Source: Candidatus Omnitrophota bacterium | GTDB taxonomy: Bacteria > Omnitrophota > Gorgyraeia > JAHJTE01 | Direction: 5' to 3' | DNA length: 64,000 nt | NCBI GenBank assembly: GCA_018830005.1 | Contig: JAHJTE010000002.1 | Coordinates: 7,053 to 71,052, forward strand | Shown here: positions 1 to 7,423 of the stretch, piece by piece | Position numbering within the stretch: the stretch's first letter is position 1 | How the letters are laid out: each line of letters starts with the position of its first letter | Program-made: the position numbers and the translations under genes | Notes under the pieces: generated by a model | The model's input: only the letters and a program-made list of their open reading frames with translations | Told to the model about the DNA's origin: nothing | The model's database searches: none

Positions 1-446
1 AATTTAAACAAGAAGAAAATATAAGAATTCATCACTATTGCTTAATGAGTAATCACCTTCATTTGATGGACTCAATAGATCAACAGAGCAATCTTTCTCG
101 ATTTATGAAACGAGTAAATTTGTAGTATTTTTACTATTACCGCCGCAGGCATGATTATTCAGGCCATCTCTGGCAAGGTCGTTACAAAAGCAAAATTATC
201 TTAGACTACGTTTATCTTGTTCAGTGCGGAAAATATATCGAACTTAACCCTATTAGAGCACGTCTAGTACATAAGCCAAGTGATTATGAATTTTCCAGTT
301 TTAGGTTTTACGCCCTCGGCCACAAAGATAATCTAATAGATACAAATCCTTATTACTTAGAACTCGAAAAAAGCCCTAGAGACAGGCAATCTTCTTATCA
401 AGACTTGTTCATTGATGATTATATGGAAGAAAAAATGAAAATTTAA
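1..446 (+). pseudogene. HUH/Y1 (REP-associated tyrosine transposase, RAYT-like) 3' portion, with in-frame TAG at 123-125; runs off the window start
   Basis: Frame from nt 3 reads ...HYCLMSNHLHL...LSRFMKRVNL*YFYYYRRRHDYSGHLWQGRYKS...KYIELNPIRARLVHKPSDYEFSSF...MKI* (TAA 444-446). It has the HUH motif NHLH and the GHLWQGRY and YIxxNP motifs of Y1 transposases. Confidence 0.85.
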
Positions 447-493
447 CTTCTTGATGTTGTAACGCTATAAAAAATAAGAGGTTAGGGGGGGGG

Positions 494-511
494 CGAGGAA
501 CCGTCCCTTTT
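494..511 (+). repeat. REP-like motif CGAGGAACCGTCCCTTTT (left copy)
   Basis: Lies 48 nt after the transposase stop, following a G9 run; imperfect inverted match to 1742-1760. Confidence 0.55.
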
Positions 512-534
512 GTTCTTTCTAGGGCAGATTTACC

Positions 535-586
535 TTGACACTAAGATGTTAACTCAATATAATGGACATGAGTCCAAAATATTGGA
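535..586 (+). promoter_or_regulatory. Sigma70 promoter with overlapping palindromic operator-like sites for the MNT-HEPN pair
   Basis: TTGACA 535-540, 17 nt spacer, TATAAT 558-563; inverted repeats TGGAC-N4-GTCCA (563-576) and TCCAA-N4-TTGGA (573-586). Confidence 0.75.
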
Positions 587-601
587 TGAAGAGGTAAAAT
601 T

Positions 602-1147
602 ATGGACAACGCAAAATCTATTTTAGTGGCTACAAATTCACAAAAGGTCTTAGAATTCTTCTTGGATCACCCGGGGAGAGAACTTACCGAGAAAGAAACA
701 CAAAATTCTGTTAAGGTAAGTAAATCCGGAACCAACTATGCTTTACGGGAACTTGCAAAGGCAAATTTTCTGCTTAGGGATAAGAAGGGTAAGATGTCCT
801 TTTATTCTTTAAATTACAAAAATCCCGCCATAAAACAACTAAAGGTATTAAAAATAATAATGTTTATACAGCCTATCATTAAGAAGTTAGCTGTGTCTTC
901 CTCGCAAATAACTCTTTTCGGCAGCTCTGCGAGGGGAGAGGATATTTCAGATAGCGATATCGATTTATTCGTTATCAGTAATAGCAAAAAGCAGGAACTA
1001 GAGAGGGTAATTGAGAAAATTAGACTAAAAAGGAAAATACAGCTAATCGTAGAGACAGAATTATTCCATACAGAGCTAAAGGTTAAATCGCCTGATTTTT
1101 ATGAACAGGTTCAGCGAGGCATTGTATTATGGAGAAGAGAACAGTAA
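602..1147 (+). CDS. wHTH + minimal nucleotidyltransferase (MNT) antitoxin
   Basis: N-terminal winged-HTH-like segment; LFGSSARGEDISDSDIDL matches GSx10DxD. Confidence 0.85.
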   Translation: MDNAKSILVATNSQKVLEFFLDHPGRELTEKETQNSVKVSKSGTNYALRELAKANFLLRDKKGKMSFYSLNYKNPAIKQLKVLKIIMFIQPIIKKLAVSSSQITLFGSSARGEDISDSDIDLFVISNSKKQELERVIEKIRLKRKIQLIVETELFHTELKVKSPDFYEQVQRGIVLWRREQ

Positions 1148-1566
1148 GTCCCGAATTTGGGGATTGTCTTAAGAGAAATAAAATAAGAGAGTTTTCTCAA
1201 GGAAAAAACTTGGTGGATAAAGAACTGCTTGCTGCTAGGACTGACCTTTCTGAGGCAAAAGATACCTTTCAAAGAGACAAGTTTAAGTGGGCGATTATTC
1301 AGGCATACTATTCTATGTTTCATTCTGCAAGAGCTCTCTTATATAACCAGAATTACCGAGAAAGAAGCCACCACTGTTTAATCGTTGCTTTAAAATCATT
1401 CTATGTGGAAAAAGGGAAACTCTCAGTGCGATTTCTTGAAGGACTTCAAAAAGCTAAGACGTTAAGAGAGAATGCTGATTATTATGACCAGTGGTCTCAA
1501 CTTGGTGCAAAAGAAATGGTTGCTTTAGCCGGAGAGTTCTTAAATAAGGCCGAGTCTATATTGTAA
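1129..1566 (+). CDS. HEPN domain protein (UPF0332-like), partner of MNT
   Basis: AYYSMFHSARALL, RERSHH and LRENADY motifs; overlaps the MNT gene. Confidence 0.85.
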   Translation: MEKRTVSPEFGDCLKRNKIREFSQGKNLVDKELLAARTDLSEAKDTFQRDKFKWAIIQAYYSMFHSARALLYNQNYRERSHHCLIVALKSFYVEKGKLSVRFLEGLQKAKTLRENADYYDQWSQLGAKEMVALAGEFLNKAESIL

Positions 1567-1741
1567 TCGCAAAACAACATGTATTTTTTGCACTATAAAG
1601 GGCCGTTCGGCGCCAAAATCGTTTTCTCAAGTTTCCAAAATGCCAATTTTCCCAACCGGGCATAGATTCCTAACACTTTGTCTTCCATGAAGTCATATAA
1701 GCCAAATTTTATTTTTTTGCCAACTGAGTAGAGAATAGCAG

Positions 1742-1760
1742 AATAGGGAACGGTTCTTCG
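1742..1760 (-). repeat. REP-like motif CGAAGAACCGTTCCCTATT (right copy, inverted relative to 494-511)
   Basis: + strand AATAGGGAACGGTTCTTCG; AGAATAG duplicated at its inner edge (1732-1738, 1740-1746). Confidence 0.55.
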
Positions 1761-1813
1761 AAATATAACTAACTAAGTAGCAATGAAATATAGATGCTGG
1801 AAGTTAAAATACG

Positions 1814-1862
1814 ATTTCCGGGGATACGTACTAATTATTTCAAAATTTGCCTCCCCGGAAAT
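1814..1862. repeat. 11-bp perfect inverted repeat ATTTCCGGGGA / TCCCCGGAAAT, 27-nt spacer
   Basis: Arms at 1814-1824 and 1852-1862; GC-rich arms in AT-rich intergenic DNA. Confidence 0.7.
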
Positions 1863-1915
1863 TGAGATTCCATATATATCCAATAAATCGTAATAACCCT
1901 TAGAAAGGAGGGTAC

Positions 1916-2044
1916 ATGGTTAAAAAGCTTCTTTGTTTGTTGATTGTAGCAGTTTTTGCTTTTTCTTCTGCCGGAGCTCATAACCCCCAGCTAGAATTAG
2001 AATTTAATCTGGCAAAAGAAGACAAAAATAATAAAAATAAATAG
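1916..2044 (+). CDS. 42-aa ORF consisting mostly of a signal peptide (small secreted peptide or truncated gene)
   Basis: Strong SD AAGGAGG; MVKKLLCLLIVAVFAFSSAGA-HNPQLELEFNLAKEDKNNKNK*; not in the ORF track. Confidence 0.5.
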   Translation: MVKKLLCLLIVAVFAFSSAGAHNPQLELEFNLAKEDKNNKNK

Positions 2045-2082
2045 TTTTTTTGATGGAATGGATAGAAGTAAAAAAGATAGCT

Positions 2083-3453
2083 TTAAATTTTACTCTCTAG
2101 CGCTTTGACTCTATCTTTAAGCTCGTCATTTTCCGCCTTTAACTCCTTAACAACCTCCAGTAAATAAATCGCAACTTTATCATATCTAACCGATTCCGGC
2201 ATACCTTCCTTGTTATAAACTACCAGATCAGGAATTATCTCGTCAACATCTTCCGCAATTAGACCAATTCCAGCTTTTTCCGTTGATTTCCAGTTGAATT
2301 TTACTGGATTTAATTTAAGAACCGTATCAGTATTGACTATTAGGTTTTGAATATTTTCTTTATACCTCTTACTAGAAACAGCCCTATAAACAACTCCGCT
2401 TGCATCCGCACTTAGATTTTGCATATCGCCGTCTATAGGTGCGCGGATTTTTAGATTTCCATTAACATCCAAAGCTTCAGTTGGAGCATCAGTCCTAACG
2501 CCAACACTACCGGCGCTACCTTTTGGAAATATTAAAAATGCGTCAGGGGTAGCTATAGTTTCTACAACATTTGAATGACCCCATGCAAATGTCCGATCAG
2601 CAGCAGTAGTCAATTGCATATTCTCTCCTGCTGCAAAGGAATGATCGCCTGCAGCTTCGTTAAATGAGCCGCCTACTATCATGGAATTTGTTCCTGATGC
2701 AGTATTTGAGAAACCACCTGCTACAACAGAACCTTGACCTGATGCTGTATTTAAACTACCGCCTGAAATAGTGGACGTGTTGGCTGATGCTGTGTTTCCG
2801 GCACCGCCACCAGCAACAGTAGAAAAATCACCGCTTGCAACGCAGAGGCTTCCGCCCGAGACTGTTGACCAGTCGCCGCTTGCTTCAGAGTTAAGACCAA
2901 AGGCAACAGAATAATCTCCTATATTGGCATCATCCCACTGATTTGGAAATGCTGCATTTATTGCTCCTGCACGGAAGGCTGCTTTTCTAGGATACCAGAT
3001 AAGCCTTGTACCTGCTCCAGATGTAATAAGCACATTGCCGCTGTTCATAGTTCCCCTAGCGATTATCCCGCCATCATTATTCAGATCAAGCTTGAATTCA
3101 GGAGTATTAGTGCCAATGCCAACCTGCCAAGTAAGATCATTTGGATGAATATCTGTTCCATTTTGCGTCCAAAGCCCGGTTAAAGGTTGCCAGGTAAAAG
3201 TAGCTCCGTCGCAAACAAGTATCTGATCCCCTGTGTTATAGTAACGTAAGGTTCCTTCTTCATTTGCTGCACAGGCAGCACCAGTGGCAAAATCATCATT
3301 AGGATAAAGCGTTAGTTCCTTATACACCCCGTGGGGTGCAGGGTAATAGGTGGTAATAGAAAGTTGTTCAGTAGCAGCAAAAGAGCTTGCACTGTGAAAA
3401 AAGAATGCCAAAAGCATAACAATGACTAAAAGTAAAACTTTATTTTTAAACAT
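2083..3453 (-). CDS. Secreted fibre/adhesin-like protein with YadA-head-like repeats and C-terminal peptidase S74 intramolecular chaperone
   Basis: Start placed at 3453 by SD AGGAGGA; signal peptide; ~14-aa ASGxxSxVxGG repeats; SSKRYKENI...LNPVKFNWK...GLIAEDV...VRYDKV plus terminal coiled coil. Confidence 0.8.
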   Translation of the reverse strand: MFKNKVLLLVIVMLLAFFFHSASSFAATEQLSITTYYPAPHGVYKELTLYPNDDFATGAACAANEEGTLRYYNTGDQILVCDGATFTWQPLTGLWTQNGTDIHPNDLTWQVGIGTNTPEFKLDLNNDGGIIARGTMNSGNVLITSGAGTRLIWYPRKAAFRAGAINAAFPNQWDDANIGDYSVAFGLNSEASGDWSTVSGGSLCVASGDFSTVAGGGAGNTASANTSTISGGSLNTASGQGSVVAGGFSNTASGTNSMIVGGSFNEAAGDHSFAAGENMQLTTAADRTFAWGHSNVVETIATPDAFLIFPKGSAGSVGVRTDAPTEALDVNGNLKIRAPIDGDMQNLSADASGVVYRAVSSKRYKENIQNLIVNTDTVLKLNPVKFNWKSTEKAGIGLIAEDVDEIIPDLVVYNKEGMPESVRYDKVAIYLLEVVKELKAENDELKDRVKALESKI

Positions 3454-3647
3454 AGCTAAATCCTCCTTTTTAAATCGCTTGTTTTTCATCCAATATATCA
3501 TTAATTTAACACGCCCAGTAGAAATCGTCAATGTCTTTTGCGTTTTCTCTAATTAGAGTTGATATTTCACTTGACAAACCAATGGTTTTGATGAATATTA
3601 TTGTAAGCGAAGAAATAAACATAAAAAATAAAATCACCAGAGAAACT

Positions 3648-4307
3648 ATGAAAAGAAAATATTGCACAGCCAAAGAAATGCAAATTATTGATAAAAAGGC
3701 GCAGGAAGTTTATGGCATTCCTTCTATTGTGCTTATGGAAAATGCCGGTATTTCAAGCGCAGAAGTAGCCTTAAAGATGCTAGGTAGAGGGAGGAAGGCG
3801 CTTTGTATTTGCGGCAAGGGCAATAATGCCGGAGATGGTTTTGTATGCGCAAGGCATTTGATAAATAAAGGTGTAAATGTTGCCATATTCTTACTCGCAA
3901 GTCCTAAGCATCTAAAGTTTGACGCACGAATTAATTTTAATATTCTAAAGAAGTTAACCAAAAATATTTATTTCATAAATAAAAGCTCCAAGTTATTGAA
4001 AAGTAAATTAAAAACAGCAAGTCTTATTATTGACGCAATTTTTGGAATTGGCCTAACTGGACAAATCAAAAAACCTTATGCGAGTATTATTAACTTGATA
4101 AACAGCTATAATAAAAAAATCCTTGCTCTAGATGTACCTTCAGGACTTAATGCCACTAGAGGAGAGATTTTAGGCACTTGCATAAAGGCAACAGAGACTA
4201 TTACATTTGCCTTAGCTAAATCCGGGATGATTAAGAATAATGGACCTAGTTATTGTGGCAAAGTACATGTTGCTGATATATCAATACCTAAAGCCTTACT
4301 CAAATAA
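3648..4307 (+). CDS. nnrE: NAD(P)H-hydrate epimerase (stand-alone YjeF N domain)
   Basis: LMENAG, CGKGNNAGDG, IDAIFGIG and LDVPSG motifs; start moved to ATG 3648. Confidence 0.9.
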   Translation: MKRKYCTAKEMQIIDKKAQEVYGIPSIVLMENAGISSAEVALKMLGRGRKALCICGKGNNAGDGFVCARHLINKGVNVAIFLLASPKHLKFDARINFNILKKLTKNIYFINKSSKLLKSKLKTASLIIDAIFGIGLTGQIKKPYASIINLINSYNKKILALDVPSGLNATRGEILGTCIKATETITFALAKSGMIKNNGPSYCGKVHVADISIPKALLK

Positions 4308-4309
4308 TA

Positions 4310-5314
4310 ATGACTAAAGTTAGATATGAGATTGATCCGCACAATAGATTGGTTTTAAAGGAATCAGGCAAAAGTACAAGGCTGAGTAGGTACCGCACAG
4401 TTCTCGACGGAAGATTTAAAACTGACAGTAAAAATTCTTTGATTTATCATGCCAAAATCCCCTCTCACACTAAAGAACTGCAACAGATTAAATTAAAGGG
4501 AAACTGGTCTTTAAATAAAAACCACGATCTTGTGTTTACGCTTAACAAATGGGGCAATCAAGTTGCAAAGAACAAATTGACGATAAAAGGGGAGCTGATT
4601 AATGTGGGAGGCGATGAAATAACCTTTGCAGTTATAAGTAGAGAGACAGCTAAAAAGAGATCAATCTATCTTTTAAAATTATCCGGTAAATGGAAGTCTG
4701 GTAAGGATAACGGGCTAGAGTTTGATGTCCAAAAGGATAAAGAGGCAGATACCCTGCATTTTCAAGGCTCCTGGAAACTCAAAAACAACCAATTGACTTA
4801 CAATTATAAAAAATATTCTGGCTCAAAAAGAAAAAAAGATGAGCAGGGTTTAACATTTTGTGGCTACTGGGATATCAAAGATAAATATCGCCTCTCTTAC
4901 GTAATGGATAAACCGTTAAAGTCAGGCTTTGATTTTAGGGCATCGCTTGCAGCACCAATCAGGAGTAAGGGACAATATGGCCTTAAATATAAATTAGGTG
5001 CAGGTCTAATAAGCAATGAGAAAACAAATAAAACCATAATAATTTTTGGAGAGTGGAAAATAAAAAAAGGCATTGGTCTAATCTTTGAAGTAAGATATGG
5101 AGAAAATTACCTTAACTCAATAGTCTTTGGCGGAGAGATGAGAATTAACAAAGATTATAGCCTAATCGTGAATTTGACGAGTAGAGAAAACAATGATCTG
5201 GGGATTAGATTGGAATTATCAAGAAGATTCTTTAATGACTATAAAGGGTTTCTAAGGGTTTTGATGGGGAAAGAGGAGAAGGCTGTTGAACTTGGTGCTG
5301 GCTTTAGATGGTAG
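4310..5314 (+). CDS. Hypothetical all-beta repeat protein, possible beta-barrel
   Basis: Repeated (L/F)xGxW-x6/7-Lx(F/Y) units; ends ELGAGFRW; coupled to nnrE. Confidence 0.6.
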   Translation: MTKVRYEIDPHNRLVLKESGKSTRLSRYRTVLDGRFKTDSKNSLIYHAKIPSHTKELQQIKLKGNWSLNKNHDLVFTLNKWGNQVAKNKLTIKGELINVGGDEITFAVISRETAKKRSIYLLKLSGKWKSGKDNGLEFDVQKDKEADTLHFQGSWKLKNNQLTYNYKKYSGSKRKKDEQGLTFCGYWDIKDKYRLSYVMDKPLKSGFDFRASLAAPIRSKGQYGLKYKLGAGLISNEKTNKTIIIFGEWKIKKGIGLIFEVRYGENYLNSIVFGGEMRINKDYSLIVNLTSRENNDLGIRLELSRRFFNDYKGFLRVLMGKEEKAVELGAGFRW

Positions 5315-5359
5315 GCTTTTACTTGCAAAATTGAACACTTTGCTGTATAATAACAAATT

Positions 5360-5656
5360 ATGGAGGGAAATATGCAGGAGAGACGAAGATTTCCTAGAAT
5401 CAACTCAACAAACATCACAGAGATTGAGCCAAGACCTGTAGTTTCAGATATCCAGGCGATTACCAAAGACATAAGTCAAGCTGGAGCTTGCATTTACAGC
5501 GATACCTATCTTGAGCCAGGAAAATTTACCAGGATAAGAATGCACAAGGAAAATCAAGCTTTTCCTGAAGCAAAAGAGGCGGTCGTTGCCTGGTCAAAAT
5601 TATCCAAAGATAAATTTGGCTCAGTCTTTCAAATTGGCTTAAATATCCCAGAATAA
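5360..5656 (+). CDS. PilZ domain protein
   Basis: ERRRFPR and DISQAG (RxxxR, DxSxxG). Confidence 0.85.
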   Translation: MEGNMQERRRFPRINSTNITEIEPRPVVSDIQAITKDISQAGACIYSDTYLEPGKFTRIRMHKENQAFPEAKEAVVAWSKLSKDKFGSVFQIGLNIPE

Positions 5657-5718
5657 CAACATTGTCTTCAGATCCGAGGGGTTAAGGTAATCAAGAAAGA
5701 GAGGTTTTATTTTTTAAT

Positions 5719-5744
5719 ACCCAATAGAGATGTTGGGTTTTTTT
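5719..5744 (+). terminator. Putative intrinsic terminator
   Basis: ACCCAATA-GAGA-TGTTGGGT followed by a T-run. Confidence 0.55.
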
Positions 5745-5754
5745 ATTGATAGTG

Positions 5755-5783
5755 TTGACTAAAAGAAAATTTAAAAGTATAAT
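5755..5783 (+). promoter_or_regulatory. Sigma70 promoter of the RR/HD-GYP operon
   Basis: TTGACT-17nt-TATAAT. Confidence 0.7.
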
Positions 5784-5884
5784 ACATTAACACACTTCTT
5801 TAAAATTTTTAAAAAGTGGATGAGGACATAACTTATGTAATCCGAAAGGATACACGGGTTATGCATTCACTTAAGGAGCTAAAA

Positions 5885-6244
5885 ATGAGTAAATTATTGA
5901 TTGTTGATGATGAACCGGATGTGCGCGAGTTTGCTAAAAATTTCTTTGTCAAAAGAAAACTTGAGGTTGATACTGCTGCAAGTGGTTCTGAGGCAATTGA
6001 TCTTGTAAAAAAGTCAAAACCTGAATTAATTCTGCTTGATTTAAGGATGGAAGGCATAGACGGCCTTGAGACGCTTAAACAAATTAAGGAAATAGATAAA
6101 AACATCAAGGTAATTATGGTTACCGGGGTTAATGATGCTGAGTCTATTAATAAGGCAAAGGAATTAGGGGCAAAAGGTTATATTCATAAGCCCTTGATCT
6201 TAGAAGAATTGGAAAAAGTGGTTTTAAAGGAAATCAGGAAATGA
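5885..6244 (+). CDS. Single-domain response regulator (receiver)
   Basis: LIVDDE, LLDLRM, MVTG and KP motifs; SD AAGGAG before ATG 5885. Confidence 0.9.
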   Translation: MSKLLIVDDEPDVREFAKNFFVKRKLEVDTAASGSEAIDLVKKSKPELILLDLRMEGIDGLETLKQIKEIDKNIKVIMVTGVNDAESINKAKELGAKGYIHKPLILEELEKVVLKEIRK

Positions 6245-7419
6245 CAATAAATTACAAAAGAGAACTAGAGGCTGCTGCTAAAAACATGATTCTTATCCAC
6301 AGGCCAGATACACTCATAAAATTGGTCTTGAGGACAACTGTGCGCAAGGCAAGGCTTACGCATGCAGCTGCGCTTCTTTATGATAAGAAAAAAAATATAT
6401 ACATATTTGCAGAATCAAAAGGCGAGACAGGCGTGAAGGTGCCTTCTGGGTATGTTCGCCTTGATCCCAATAGCGGATTAATCAAATTCTTCCGGGAAAA
6501 AAAGAACTATCTTTTGCATAAAGAAGGGGTCTTAGAATTTGCAGAGATCAGCAATTTTTTAAAAACAAAAAAAGAGCTCTTTGCCAAGGATAAGCTACTG
6601 AAATCATATCTTCAAGAGACAAAATATCAAATGCAACTTTTTGATGCCTATCTTTGCATCCCTAGTTATATTCATGGAACTCTCCTGGGATTACTTCTAC
6701 TTGGATCCAAGAAGTCTGAACAGCCCTTTTCAAAAGAAGAGATAAATTTCTTCGTAGCCTTAACACATGACGTAACCATGGCAGTACGAAATGCTCAGCT
6801 ATTTGAAGAGTTAAAATCTGAACTTGATAAAAATCACAGTTTATTTATCCATACTGCCCAGGCCTTAGCCAGCGCCATAGATGCTAAAGATCACTATACT
6901 CACGGACATACAGAACGTGTGACTCAGTATTGCATGGCAATTGGTAGAGAATTGATCAAGAGAAAAAAGATACGGGTTACAGGCAATTTTTTGGAAACGC
7001 TTCGCGTCTCAAGCCTGCTTCATGACATCGGTAAGATTGGCATACCGGATGATTTACTTTCTAAAAAGGGTCCACTTACTGAAGATGAAAGAAGAGATAT
7101 TGAAGAGCACGCTATGATCGGCAGCTCAATATTAAATCCCTTAGAAGAATTAAGTGATGCAATTACAGCAGTAAAGCAGCACCATGAGAATTTTGATGGT
7201 ACGGGTTATCCTAAAGGGGTTAAGGCTGATGAGATAAACATCTATGCTAGAATTATTCGCGTTGCTGATTCCTATGACGCGATGACAAGCGATAGGCCTT
7301 ATAGAAAAGCATTTTCTGACCAACAGGCATTTGAAGAATTAAGGCAATATAGCGGCACCCAATATGATCCTACTGTAGTGAAGGTTTTTATAGATATTTA
7401 CAGAAGAGGAGATCTTTAG
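6241..7419 (+). CDS. GAF + HD-GYP cyclic dinucleotide phosphodiesterase
   Basis: DHYTHGHTERV, LHDIGKIG, HHENFDGTGYP and DRPYR motifs. Confidence 0.9.
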   Translation: MTINYKRELEAAAKNMILIHRPDTLIKLVLRTTVRKARLTHAAALLYDKKKNIYIFAESKGETGVKVPSGYVRLDPNSGLIKFFREKKNYLLHKEGVLEFAEISNFLKTKKELFAKDKLLKSYLQETKYQMQLFDAYLCIPSYIHGTLLGLLLLGSKKSEQPFSKEEINFFVALTHDVTMAVRNAQLFEELKSELDKNHSLFIHTAQALASAIDAKDHYTHGHTERVTQYCMAIGRELIKRKKIRVTGNFLETLRVSSLLHDIGKIGIPDDLLSKKGPLTEDERRDIEEHAMIGSSILNPLEELSDAITAVKQHHENFDGTGYPKGVKADEINIYARIIRVADSYDAMTSDRPYRKAFSDQQAFEELRQYSGTQYDPTVVKVFIDIYRRGDL

Positions 7420-7423
7420 TCTG

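Noticed and set aside
2083-3453. Prophage tail region
   Set aside because: No other phage genes, and the protein has a Sec signal peptide.
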